NCBI GenBank assembly: GCA_903861235.1
Contig: CAIOTP010000263.1
Location: 1 to 40,561 of the forward strand
Source of the DNA: an uncultured bacterium
GTDB lineage: Bacteria > Planctomycetota > Phycisphaerae > Phycisphaerales > SM1A02
Length of the DNA: 40,561 nt
Direction: 5' to 3'
Shown one piece after another: positions 25,695-34,023 of this stretch (position 1 is its first letter; each line of letters starts with the position of its first letter). A program made the translations under genes and the position numbers. The notes beneath the pieces were generated by a model. It saw only the letters and a list, made by a program, of their open reading frames with translations, ran no database searches and was not told where the DNA came from.

Positions 25695-26797
25695 CAGAAG
25701 TGCAGCAGCATGGTGCCGATGTCACCGGCATCCACGCTTCCACTGCCGTCCAGATCACCCAGGGGTCCCCGCGAGCCGAACAGGATCAGCAGACCTCCAA
25801 TGTCGCCCGCGTCCACCACGCCCGATTCGTCCAGGTCCACCGGATCGAACGCCACGGCGGCCGTCGGCACGGTCACACGCCCGCCGCCCGGACCGGTGTT
25901 CGCCGTATCGAGCGTGCCCATGTAGGTGGGCCCAAGCAGATACGGATACGCCGGCGAACCCGAGTCGTCCGTGGTGACGAAGTAGGCCCAGGTGCCCTCT
26001 GGAAATTCGGGTGTGACGCAGAATCGCGCATTCGAATCGTTCAGGTCACCGAGCCCCGCGACGTACTCGTAATCCTCGATGTAGTACCCCAGCGGATAGG
26101 TGGCGCTGACCGCGGGTCCGTAGTTGGCCGAGGTGAGCACGGTCCCGTTGGGGAGCATGGTCCGCTGCGTGATGCTTCGAAGCCGGTAGCTGCTCTTGAT
26201 GCGCCGGATGCCGCCCGTTCCGTCGATGTTCGCGTGACCGAACGGCCCGTACACCGGAAAGCCGTCGAAACCGAAGCCCACGATCGGCGAGTGCTCGGCG
26301 GGCGTCAGGTCGTACATGCATGCGGCGTTCTGGTGGTTGTGATACTGCGTCATGGCCGGATGGCCGCCGCAGGAATCGAAGCCGGGACCTTCGACCACGA
26401 TCGCGTTCTGGTGCCAGACGTTCCGGTTGTTGTAGCTGCGGGCGTCGCTCGCGTTGAAGATGCAGACACCGTTGGTCCACACGCCGATCTGGCCCAGACC
26501 GGTCGCCGTGCGCGTGCCCGTCTTGGGCTGTGGTTGGCGCGTGATGCGGAAGCTCCAGTTGCCGTCCGTGGGCGAACCGGGATTGCCGGGCCAGGGACCG
26601 ATCGGATAGCTGGGCACGGAGCTGCACTGCACGTAGACGTGGCTGGCGTCGTACTTCACCGCCTGCACGTCCGCCTCCTGGCCACCGTAGCCCGTGCGCC
26701 CCGTGATGTTCACGAACCAGCACTGCGCCTGCGGCGGGGCGGACCAGGCGAGGGCGGTCAGGACCAGGACGAGCGTGTTCGTGGCCAGGCGGATCAT
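25694..26797 (-). CDS. Secreted YHYH-domain protein with twin dockerin/EF-hand-like C-terminal tail (367 aa)
   Basis: ATG 26797 gives the signal peptide MIRLATNTLVLVLTALAWSAPPQAQ. Core motif DSCGGHPAMTQYHNHQ. C terminus VDLDESGVVDAGDIGGLLILFG...GDLDGSGSVDAGDIGTMLLHF. Confidence 0.8.
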   Translation of the reverse strand: MIRLATNTLVLVLTALAWSAPPQAQCWFVNITGRTGYGGQEADVQAVKYDASHVYVQCSSVPSYPIGPWPGNPGSPTDGNWSFRITRQPQPKTGTRTATGLGQIGVWTNGVCIFNASDARSYNNRNVWHQNAIVVEGPGFDSCGGHPAMTQYHNHQNAACMYDLTPAEHSPIVGFGFDGFPVYGPFGHANIDGTGGIRRIKSSYRLRSITQRTMLPNGTVLTSANYGPAVSATYPLGYYIEDYEYVAGLGDLNDSNARFCVTPEFPEGTWAYFVTTDDSGSPAYPYLLGPTYMGTLDTANTGPGGGRVTVPTAAVAFDPVDLDESGVVDAGDIGGLLILFGSRGPLGDLDGSGSVDAGDIGTMLLHF

Positions 26798-26846
26798 GGG
26801 GCGTGCTCCAGCATGCCACGCCAACGCCGTTGTTCCAAACGCCATT

Positions 26847-28454
26847 TCAGTTTTTGAGCAGCGTTTCCCCGGACATCTCCGCCGGCTTGGCCATGCCCAG
26901 CATCTGCAGCAGGGTCGGAGCCACGTCACCCAGGCGACCGTCCGGCCTCAGGTGCGTCCCCTTCCACTTCGCTCCCACCACGGTGAGCGGCACCGCGTAG
27001 TTGGTGTGTGCAGTGTGTGGCGCACCGGTGGAAGGATCCTTCATCTGCTCGGCGTTGCCGTGATCCGCGGTCACGACGAGCGAACCACCCTTCGCCAGCG
27101 TGGCGTCCACGATCCGCTGCACGCAGGCGTCGACCTCCTCGCAGGCCCGGATCGCCGCCTCGAGCGAGCCGGTGTGCCCCACCATGTCCGGATTGGCGAA
27201 GTTCACGATGAACAGCCGCTCGCAATCCGGCGCGGCCAGCCGCTCCAGGACCGCCTGACACACACCCTCGGCGCTCATCTGCGGCTTCAGGTCGTACGTG
27301 GGCACGTCCTTGGGACTGGGCACGATGGTGCGCCGCTCGCCGGGGAACGGCTCCTCGCGGTAGTCGTTGAAGAAGAAGGTCACGTGCGGGAACTTCTCCG
27401 TCTCGGCGCAGCGGAACTGCGTCAGGCCCGCGCGGCTCACCACCTCGCCCAGGATGCCCTGCATCTTGGCCGGACGCATGAAGATGGGCCGCACCGGCAG
27501 CCCCTGCTCGTACTCGGCCATGGTGGCGAAGAACAGGTCGCGCGGCCGCGGCTCGCGGTCGAAGCCGCCGCCCTGCACCGCCTTCCACGCCACGTCGTCG
27601 AGCATGAAGGCCTTGCACAGCTCGCGAGGCCGGTCGCCGCGGAAGTTGAAGAAGATCACGCTGTCGCCGTCGCCGATCGCGCCATCCGCGCACACCCGCG
27701 TGGGCGGCGTGAACTCGTCGCCCTTCTGGGTCGGGCCGGGCGGACTCGCCAGATGTCGCTGCACCGCGGCGAGCGCCGAGTCGGCCGTGGACCCGCCGCG
27801 CCCGCAGAGCAGGTCGTACGCCTGCTTCACCCGCTCCCATCGATGGTCGCGGTCCATGGCGTAGAAGCGGCCGCAGATCGTGGCCAGGCGTCCGCCCGTG
27901 CGGTCGAGCACGGTCTGCAGCCACGGCAGGTAGCGGAGCGACCCGTCCATGGCGGTGTCGCGACCGTCCGTGAAGGCGTGCACGAAGAGCCGGTCCGCGG
28001 ACACGCCCGCCGCCTTGGCCTGTTCGAGCACCGCCTGCAGGTGCGGAAGGTCGCTGTGCACCTGGCCGTCACTGAGCAGCCCCAGCACGTGCACCCGCCG
28101 ACCGGTGGCGTTCGCGCGGCGGAAGGCCTCCTGCAGCACGGGGTTGCGTGCGAACGAACCGTCACGGATGGCGCGGGTGATCCGCATGAGTTCCTGGTCG
28201 ACCACACGGCCGGCGCCCAGGTTCTGGTGCCCCACCTCGCTGTTGCCCATGACCGGACCGTCCGGGCCCACCGGAAGGCCCACATCCTCGCCGCTGGTCC
28301 GGATCAGGGTGGTCGGCCAGTCGCGCTCGAGCATGTCCGAGCATGGCGTGCGAGCCAGCTTCACGGCGTTGAAGGCGTCATGCTCCGGATGCGGGTTCCG
28401 CCCCCAGCCGTCGCGGATGATCAGGACCACCGGACCGGTGGATGCGTTCGCCAT
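26847..28454 (-). CDS. gpmI: 2,3-bisphosphoglycerate-independent phosphoglycerate mutase (535 aa)
   Basis: VVLIIRDGWG, the catalytic Ser region MGNSEVGHQNLGAGR, TADHGNAE, and full-length iPGM collinearity. ATG at 28454. Confidence 0.93.
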   Translation of the reverse strand: MANASTGPVVLIIRDGWGRNPHPEHDAFNAVKLARTPCSDMLERDWPTTLIRTSGEDVGLPVGPDGPVMGNSEVGHQNLGAGRVVDQELMRITRAIRDGSFARNPVLQEAFRRANATGRRVHVLGLLSDGQVHSDLPHLQAVLEQAKAAGVSADRLFVHAFTDGRDTAMDGSLRYLPWLQTVLDRTGGRLATICGRFYAMDRDHRWERVKQAYDLLCGRGGSTADSALAAVQRHLASPPGPTQKGDEFTPPTRVCADGAIGDGDSVIFFNFRGDRPRELCKAFMLDDVAWKAVQGGGFDREPRPRDLFFATMAEYEQGLPVRPIFMRPAKMQGILGEVVSRAGLTQFRCAETEKFPHVTFFFNDYREEPFPGERRTIVPSPKDVPTYDLKPQMSAEGVCQAVLERLAAPDCERLFIVNFANPDMVGHTGSLEAAIRACEEVDACVQRIVDATLAKGGSLVVTADHGNAEQMKDPSTGAPHTAHTNYAVPLTVVGAKWKGTHLRPDGRLGDVAPTLLQMLGMAKPAEMSGETLLKN

Positions 28455-28515
28455 CTCGGCAGTGTAGGAACGCGTGGGCGTTGCTCGCCGCCACGCCACG
28501 GGCTAGCCTGCGGCC

Positions 28516-29316
28516 ATGGGAGAAACCGCAGCACCCGCCCCCATGGACGCCGCCGCGAGCGGCGCGTTGCGGGGCCGCTGGACCGAAGTCCGCCAGCGCG
28601 TGGAGGCCGCCGCCCGCCGCAGCGGCCGCAAGCCCACCGACGTGCTGCTGGTGGTGGTGACCAAGAGCGGCAGCATCGACCAGATCCGCGAGCTGGTGCA
28701 GTTCGGTCAGGTGGACATGGCCGAGAACCGCGTGCAGCAGCTGGTGCAGCGCGCGGCGAGCGTGGGCGAATGGCTCCAGCGGCGCCGCGAGATGGATCCC
28801 AAGGCCGAGCTGCCCACCGTGCGCTGGCACATGATCGGCTCGCTGCAGCGCAACAAGGTCCGCAAGTGCATGGAGGTGGCCCGGCTGATCCACGGCGTGG
28901 ACAGCCTGCGGCTGGCCGAGGAGATCCAGGCCGCCGCAGTGCGCCGCGAGACGCCCATGGAAGTCCTGGTCGAAGTGAACGTGAGCGGCGAGGACAGCAA
29001 GCACGGCATCGCACCGCCGGCCGTCCGTCACCTGCTCGATCAGATGGACACCATGCTCAACCTGAAGGTCCGCGGCCTGATGTGCATGGCGCCCCTCTCG
29101 GGCGGCACCGAGGCCGCCCGGCGGACCTTCGACCGCTGCCGCGAGATCTTCGAAGACTGCCGCACCTCCGGAGCAGGTGGCGACCGCTTCGACCTGCTCA
29201 GCATGGGCATGAGCGGGGATTTCGAGGTGGCGATCGAATGCGGGGCCAACCTGGTGCGTGTGGGCGGCGCCGTGATCGGCCCGCCCCAGGTCGAGGAACC
29301 CCCGGAGGAAGCGTGA
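28516..29316 (+). CDS. yggS: YggS/PLPBP-family pyridoxal-phosphate homeostasis protein (266 aa)
   Basis: LLVVVTKSGS (PLP Lys), WHMIGSLQRNK, LSMGMSGDFEVAIECGANLVRVG. An alternative ATG lies at 28543. Confidence 0.88.
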   Translation: MGETAAPAPMDAAASGALRGRWTEVRQRVEAAARRSGRKPTDVLLVVVTKSGSIDQIRELVQFGQVDMAENRVQQLVQRAASVGEWLQRRREMDPKAELPTVRWHMIGSLQRNKVRKCMEVARLIHGVDSLRLAEEIQAAAVRRETPMEVLVEVNVSGEDSKHGIAPPAVRHLLDQMDTMLNLKVRGLMCMAPLSGGTEAARRTFDRCREIFEDCRTSGAGGDRFDLLSMGMSGDFEVAIECGANLVRVGGAVIGPPQVEEPPEEA

Positions 29317-30011
29317 GCCTGGCCGAGCGCCCCGTGACCGCGCCCGACCCCCGCTACATTGCGGCCATGGGCGGCGCCGAATGGAGCGATCGGCTGCGTG
29401 GACGGTTCCTGGCCTTCGAGGGCCCGGACGGAAGCGGCAAGAGCACGCAGATTGCGCGGCTGCAGGCCTGGGCCCAGGAGCGTGGATTGCCGCTCACGCT
29501 GGTGCGTGAGCCGGGAGGCACCGCGGTGGGCGAGCGCATCCGTCAGATCCTGCTGGATCCCATCCACGGCGAGATGACCGTGCGCTGCGAGATGCTGCTC
29601 TACATGGCCAGCCGATCGCAGCTGGTCGAGGAGCGGGTGAAGCCGGCGCTTGCCCAGGGTTCCTGCGTGATCAGCGACCGCTTCGTGGGCAGCACGCTGG
29701 CGTATCAGGGTGCCGCTGGAGGCATGTCCGAAGCCGAGATCCGCGCCGTGGCCCAGGTGGCCATCGGCGGCCGATGGCCCGACCTCACCGTGCTCTTCGA
29801 CGTGGACACCGACACCGCCATGCAGCGCCTGAGCCCCCTGCTCGACCGCATGGAGGGCAAGGGCGCGGCGTTCCACCGCCGCGTGCGCGAGGGCTATCTG
29901 GAGCAGGCCCGGCGTGATCCACGCGGTCACCTGGTGATCGACGCGTCACGCAGTCCCGACGAGGTCACCACCCAGCTCATGCAGGGCCTGCAGGCCTGGG
30001 CGACGGCCTGA
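29313..30011 (+). CDS. tmk: Thymidylate kinase (about 232 aa)
   Basis: P-loop FLAFEGPDGSGKST, plus REPGGT and DRF motifs. GTG 29313-29315 overlaps the yggS TGA at 29314-29316 (GTGA). An alternative ATG lies at 29367. Confidence 0.9.
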   Translation: MSLAERPVTAPDPRYIAAMGGAEWSDRLRGRFLAFEGPDGSGKSTQIARLQAWAQERGLPLTLVREPGGTAVGERIRQILLDPIHGEMTVRCEMLLYMASRSQLVEERVKPALAQGSCVISDRFVGSTLAYQGAAGGMSEAEIRAVAQVAIGGRWPDLTVLFDVDTDTAMQRLSPLLDRMEGKGAAFHRRVREGYLEQARRDPRGHLVIDASRSPDEVTTQLMQGLQAWATA

Positions 30012-30027
30012 GCAGATCGCCAGACGG

Positions 30028-30819
30028 TCAGTCGCGGCGGCGGCGGCCCAGCGGAGCGGACGCCTGCGGCGCCTTGCCCATGCACCGATCGTTCAGCTCC
30101 CTCGCCTTGGCCACCGCGCGATCGCGGTGATCAGGGCTCAGGTTGCTCAGATACGCCATGGCGAGCGCATTGGGCTCGCTGAAGGCCTCGAAGGCCACCT
30201 GCTTGCCGTCCGCCGAGTGGCGGAAGCCGCGCACGTTCAGGTCCGCCACGACCTGCAGCGCCGCCAGCACCTCGGCATCGTCCTTGGCCTTGCCCTGCAT
30301 GAGCAGCGTGACCAGTCGCCGCACGGCGGTCACATGGATCTCCTCGCCGAACTGCCGGCTCTGCATGGTCTCCTGGTTCACGCGCTTCATGGTCTCCAGC
30401 GGCTGCACGCGCACCGCCCACTCCTCGCCGTTCACGCGCACCGATCGCTGGGTGACCGCCATGAGCGTGGCCACCATGGCCCGGCCGGTGGCCTGGTTGC
30501 CGGGCGTGAAGTTCTCCTCAAAGGGCCGCCCCTCCATGTCGCTGGCGGCGGTCTCGCCGAAGTTGACCTGCTGCCCCTCCAGGTCGATCTTCACGGTGCG
30601 GACGCCCACCTGGTGCATCATCCACAGCGTGCTCTGCATGAGCGGATGCTCGGTGCCCACGCTCTTGCGCATGCCGTCGGCCAGCACCAGGGCGCAGACC
30701 TTGGCGAAGGGCTCCCCCGCGGAGAGCAGCGGGATGAAGTTGTTGGCCAGGTGCAGGTAGTGCGCGTTCTCCTGGGGCTTGAGCTCGATGCGGTTTCCGT
30801 TGAGTTCGATGGTGGTCAT
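30028..30819 (-). CDS. Hypothetical cytoplasmic protein, no recognisable domain, possible internal two-fold repeat (263 aa)
   Basis: ATG 30819. Strong GC3 bias and no TM or signal peptide. It lies 15 nt downstream of the ABC ATPase gene. VGVRTVKIDLEGQQVNFGE resembles LNVRGFRHSADGKQVAFEA. Confidence 0.7.
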   Translation of the reverse strand: MTTIELNGNRIELKPQENAHYLHLANNFIPLLSAGEPFAKVCALVLADGMRKSVGTEHPLMQSTLWMMHQVGVRTVKIDLEGQQVNFGETAASDMEGRPFEENFTPGNQATGRAMVATLMAVTQRSVRVNGEEWAVRVQPLETMKRVNQETMQSRQFGEEIHVTAVRRLVTLLMQGKAKDDAEVLAALQVVADLNVRGFRHSADGKQVAFEAFSEPNALAMAYLSNLSPDHRDRAVAKARELNDRCMGKAPQASAPLGRRRRD

Positions 30820-30834
30820 GGTGGTTTCCGTGGT

Positions 30835-31896
30835 TCAGTCGTTCAGCGCGATCACCGCGTCGCGCTCGACCCGGAGCGAAAGGATCTCGCCCGCCCGCGA
30901 GGCGCGTCCGGGATCCTGCTCCAGGACCAGCAGCGTGCCGGCGGGGGTCTCGACCTCGTGCTGGGCCATCTCGCCAAGATAGACGCTCCGCCGGCAGCTG
31001 CCCCGGATCGAGCCTTCGGGCGCGATCCGCAGCGATTCCGGTCGGATGCCGGCATGCAGCGAGGCTCCTGGACGCATGCCCCCGGTGCCGCAGGGCAGCT
31101 CACCCAGGGCGGTGACCAGCGTGCAACCCTTCGGGTCCGCCGCCGACACCGTGGCCGGCAGCAGGTTGATGCGGCCCATGAACTCGGCCACGAAACGGCT
31201 GCAGGGACGGCGATAGAGGTCCTGCGGCGTGCCCTGCTGCACCACCCGCCCCTGCCGCATCACCGCGATGCCGTCCGCCAGGCTCAGCGCCTCGGCCTGG
31301 TCGTGGGTCACGTAGACCGTGGTCATGCGGACCTCGTCGCACACGCTCCGGATCAGCCCCCGCATCTCCAGGCGGAGTCTGGCGTCCAGGTTGGAGAGCG
31401 GCTCGTCGAGCAGGAGCACCTGCGGTCGGAACACGATGGCGCGTGCCAGCGCCACGCGCTGCTGCTGGCCTCCGCTCAACTGCCCGGGTCGCCGGTCCGC
31501 CAGGTCCGCCATGTGCACCATGTCCAGCGCCTCCATGGCGCGGCGCCTGCGCTCCGTGACGGGCACCCGGCGCACCTCGAGACCGAAGGCCACGTTCTCC
31601 AGCACGCTCATGTGCGGCCAGAGCGCATAGCCCTGGAACACCATGCCTGCCTCACGACGCTCGGGCGGCAGGCTCGTGATGTCACGATCGCCCAGGAGCA
31701 CGCGCCCTTGCGAGGGCTCCTGGAACCCGGCGATGGTCCGCAGGAGCGTGGTCTTGCCGCAGCCGCTGGGCCCCAGAAGGAAGAAGAGTGAACCACCTCC
31801 GATGTGCAGGTCCACCGCGTCGACCGCCCGCACCTCGCCGAAACGGCAGGTGACGCCCTGGAGCGTGATGGCCGGCATGATCGGGACGGTGTTCAT
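30835..31896 (-). CDS. ABC transporter ATP-binding protein, importer type with C-terminal TOBE-like domain (PotA/FbpC/MalK class), orphan
   Basis: Walker A GPSGCGKTT, signature LSGGQQQRVALARA, Walker B LLLDEPLS and H-loop YVTHD. ATG at 31896, with an alternative at 31878. No permease or cognate SBP gene is adjacent. Confidence 0.88.
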   Translation of the reverse strand: MNTVPIMPAITLQGVTCRFGEVRAVDAVDLHIGGGSLFFLLGPSGCGKTTLLRTIAGFQEPSQGRVLLGDRDITSLPPERREAGMVFQGYALWPHMSVLENVAFGLEVRRVPVTERRRRAMEALDMVHMADLADRRPGQLSGGQQQRVALARAIVFRPQVLLLDEPLSNLDARLRLEMRGLIRSVCDEVRMTTVYVTHDQAEALSLADGIAVMRQGRVVQQGTPQDLYRRPCSRFVAEFMGRINLLPATVSAADPKGCTLVTALGELPCGTGGMRPGASLHAGIRPESLRIAPEGSIRGSCRRSVYLGEMAQHEVETPAGTLLVLEQDPGRASRAGEILSLRVERDAVIALND

Positions 31897-31903
31897 GCGC
31901 GGC

Positions 31904-32254
31904 TCAGGTTTCCTGCGGACCACCCACGCGGGTGCGGATGCGCATCAGGCCGGGAACGGCCATGCGAAGGCTCGCCTCCATGCCGCTGCGCAGGGCCCGG
32001 TCCACCTCGAAAGCGGCGGCGCTTCCATCCACCACCAGCGTGAGCGTGCCGCCACGAAGCGTCTCCACGCGAGCCACCGCCTGCAGGGCCGGAGGCGCAA
32101 TGCGGAGCCACGCGTCCGTGGCGACACCGATCGACTTCTCCAGCCGACGGATCTCACGGGCCATGCCCGAGAGGTCGCTGGTGGCCGAGGCGAGCCGATC
32201 GGGCTTCGCGCGCCATGTGCCCAGACGCTTCAGCCGTTCCAGATCGTCGCTCAT
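31904..32254 (-). CDS. dciA: DUF721 / DciA-like protein (116 aa)
   Basis: The DUF721 pattern is W..I.P.L......V..LRGG.L.L.VD.SAAAFE......M...L......L.RIR.RVG, read as DAWLRIAPPALQAVARVETLRGGTLTLVVDGSAAAFEVDRALRSGMEASLRMAVPGLMRIRTRVG. The ATG at 32254-32252 overlaps the TGA of the upstream thioesterase (ATGA). Confidence 0.7.
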   Translation of the reverse strand: MSDDLERLKRLGTWRAKPDRLASATSDLSGMAREIRRLEKSIGVATDAWLRIAPPALQAVARVETLRGGTLTLVVDGSAAAFEVDRALRSGMEASLRMAVPGLMRIRTRVGGPQET

Positions 32255-32643
32255 CGGGCGCCGTCCGCATCGAACATGCCCTCGGGCAGTGCGCGGGCCT
32301 TGCCCTGGCGGTCCAGGCACGCCAGCGTGGTGGTGCCGGTGCAGAGAAGCTCCTCGCCGCGGAAGAGCTCGTAGGCATGCTCGATCTTGACATGTCCCGC
32401 GGTGGTGAGCGTGGTCTCCAGACGCAGCAGATCGTCGTAGCGTGCCGGACGCCGATACTGAACCTGCATGCGGACCACCGCCAGGAACACGCCGGCCTCC
32501 TCCATGTCCCGGTAGGTGCGGCCCGTGCCGCGCAGCAGTTCGGTCCGGCCCATCTCGAACCAGATCGGATACACCGTGTGGTGCACCACCCCCATGGGGT
32601 CGCACTCGCAGTAGCGCACACGGATGTCGAGCGAACCCTTCAT
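32251..32643 (-). CDS. Acyl-CoA thioesterase, hotdog fold (YbgC/FadM 4HBT family), 130 aa
   Basis: VRYCECDPMGVVHHTVYPIWFEMGRTELL is the typical 4HBT N-terminal catalytic Asp region. ATG at 32643. Confidence 0.85.
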   Translation of the reverse strand: MKGSLDIRVRYCECDPMGVVHHTVYPIWFEMGRTELLRGTGRTYRDMEEAGVFLAVVRMQVQYRRPARYDDLLRLETTLTTAGHVKIEHAYELFRGEELLCTGTTTLACLDRQGKARALPEGMFDADGAR

Positions 32644-32669
32644 GGACCCACAGGCTAGCGGCCGTCCGC

Positions 32670-34019
32670 TCACTTCCCGACGCAGAAGCGACCGAAGATG
32701 CGACCCAGGATGTCGTCCGGGGCCAGCCGACCACGGATGCCGCCCAGCGATTCCACGGCCCCGTGCAGGGCGGCGGACACCAGCTCCGGCCGCGTGGGCG
32801 CCGCATGATCCGCGTCGCCCTCCAGAGCGGCCCGCGCCGCGTCCAGGTGAGCCACCGCCTCCGTCACCAGATCGCGGTGCCGACGCGCCAGAGCAGGCGC
32901 CTCGCCGGCCGCACAGGCGCCGATCAAGGCCGCGCGCTCGGCCACCACGCGGGCCAGTTCCTGCAGGCCGGCTCCGGTCCTGGTGCTGGTGAGGATCTCC
33001 CGCGCCGGCGCCCCTCCCAGCTCCAGATCGGACTTGGTGCGGACGCGGATCACGGCATCGCCCTCCTCGTGACCCATGCCGTCGGGACTGCACGAGAGCG
33101 TCAGGCTGGCTCGCTCCAGCACGCTCTCCCGCATGACCTGACCCAGCCGGTCGATCTCGGCGGCGGCCTCCAGGCGACCAGGAGCGTCCACCAGCAGAAC
33201 CTCGATCACGCCGGAGGCCGCCGAAACCCGCCATGGCTCCACCAGCGCATCGCGTGTGGTGCCCGCCACCGGCGCGACCACCGCACGATCATGGCCCAGC
33301 AGCGCGTTGAAGAGCGCACTCTTGCCGGCGTTCGCCGCACCCGAAAGCACCACCATGGGCGCCGCGGCCAGTCGCTCCAGGGGCACGGTGCCGTCGACCA
33401 GCGACCGCAACGCGGCCTGCACCGCGGCCAGGCCGGCGCGCAGGTCGCCGGCGCCGATCGCCACCACGTCCTCCTGATCCGTGAAATCGATGCCCGCCTC
33501 CACCAGCGCCAGAAGATCCGCCAGGCGCTCGAGCGCCGCGTCCACCGCGCGGCCCAGGCCGCCCTCCCGAAGATGACCGGCGGCTCGCAGCTCGGCGTCG
33601 GTCCTTGCGGCGATGGAGGCGGCCACCCCTTCGGCCTGCTCCAGGGTGAGACGGCCGGTCTCGAACGCACGCAGCGTGAATTCGCCCGGCCGTGCCCTTC
33701 GTGCACCCGGCACGGCCGCCAGCACCGCGCGCACCACCATCTCCACCAGATCCGGATGGCCGGGCACGATCCACTCCACCGTGTCCTCGCCCGTGTAGCT
33801 GCCAGGTCCGGGCATGCACGCGGCCACGCACGGCAACTCGCCCGCGGGCAGACGCACCACCGCGGGCACCACGCACCGACGGGGCTGCACCGGCCCCTCG
33901 CGGCCCCATCGGCCCAGGGCGTCGAACGCCGTGGCACCGCTGGCGCGCACCACCGCGGCGACACCCCCCGTTCCGGTGGCCGCCGCCACGATCAGGTCGC
34001 GGCCGGCCCGGGTCGCCAT
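32670..34019 (-). CDS. mnmE: tRNA modification GTPase MnmE/TrmE (449 aa)
   Basis: N-terminal GTGGVAAVVRASG. G domain GAANAGKSALFNAL, GTTRD and TKSD. C-terminal FCVGK motif. Confidence 0.88.
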   Translation of the reverse strand: MATRAGRDLIVAAATGTGGVAAVVRASGATAFDALGRWGREGPVQPRRCVVPAVVRLPAGELPCVAACMPGPGSYTGEDTVEWIVPGHPDLVEMVVRAVLAAVPGARRARPGEFTLRAFETGRLTLEQAEGVAASIAARTDAELRAAGHLREGGLGRAVDAALERLADLLALVEAGIDFTDQEDVVAIGAGDLRAGLAAVQAALRSLVDGTVPLERLAAAPMVVLSGAANAGKSALFNALLGHDRAVVAPVAGTTRDALVEPWRVSAASGVIEVLLVDAPGRLEAAAEIDRLGQVMRESVLERASLTLSCSPDGMGHEEGDAVIRVRTKSDLELGGAPAREILTSTRTGAGLQELARVVAERAALIGACAAGEAPALARRHRDLVTEAVAHLDAARAALEGDADHAAPTRPELVSAALHGAVESLGGIRGRLAPDDILGRIFGRFCVGK

Positions 34020-34023
34020 GGAA

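Noticed and set aside
26694-29312. Upstream 870 codons of the 1105-aa + strand ORF that ends as tmk
   Set aside because: This part runs antisense through gpmI and out of frame through yggS, and is Arg/Gly/Pro/His-rich with no motifs. Only the last ~232 codons (from GTG 29313) have thymidylate kinase motifs.
30127-31791. 554-aa + strand ORF, plus similar long ORFs 1424..3730, 3538..5076, 17495..19117, 22567..23769, 23501..24982, 32442..34040 and 38873..40531
   Set aside because: Each is antisense or out of frame relative to a gene with clear catalytic motifs. None shows a recognisable motif or the GC3 pattern of the real genes.
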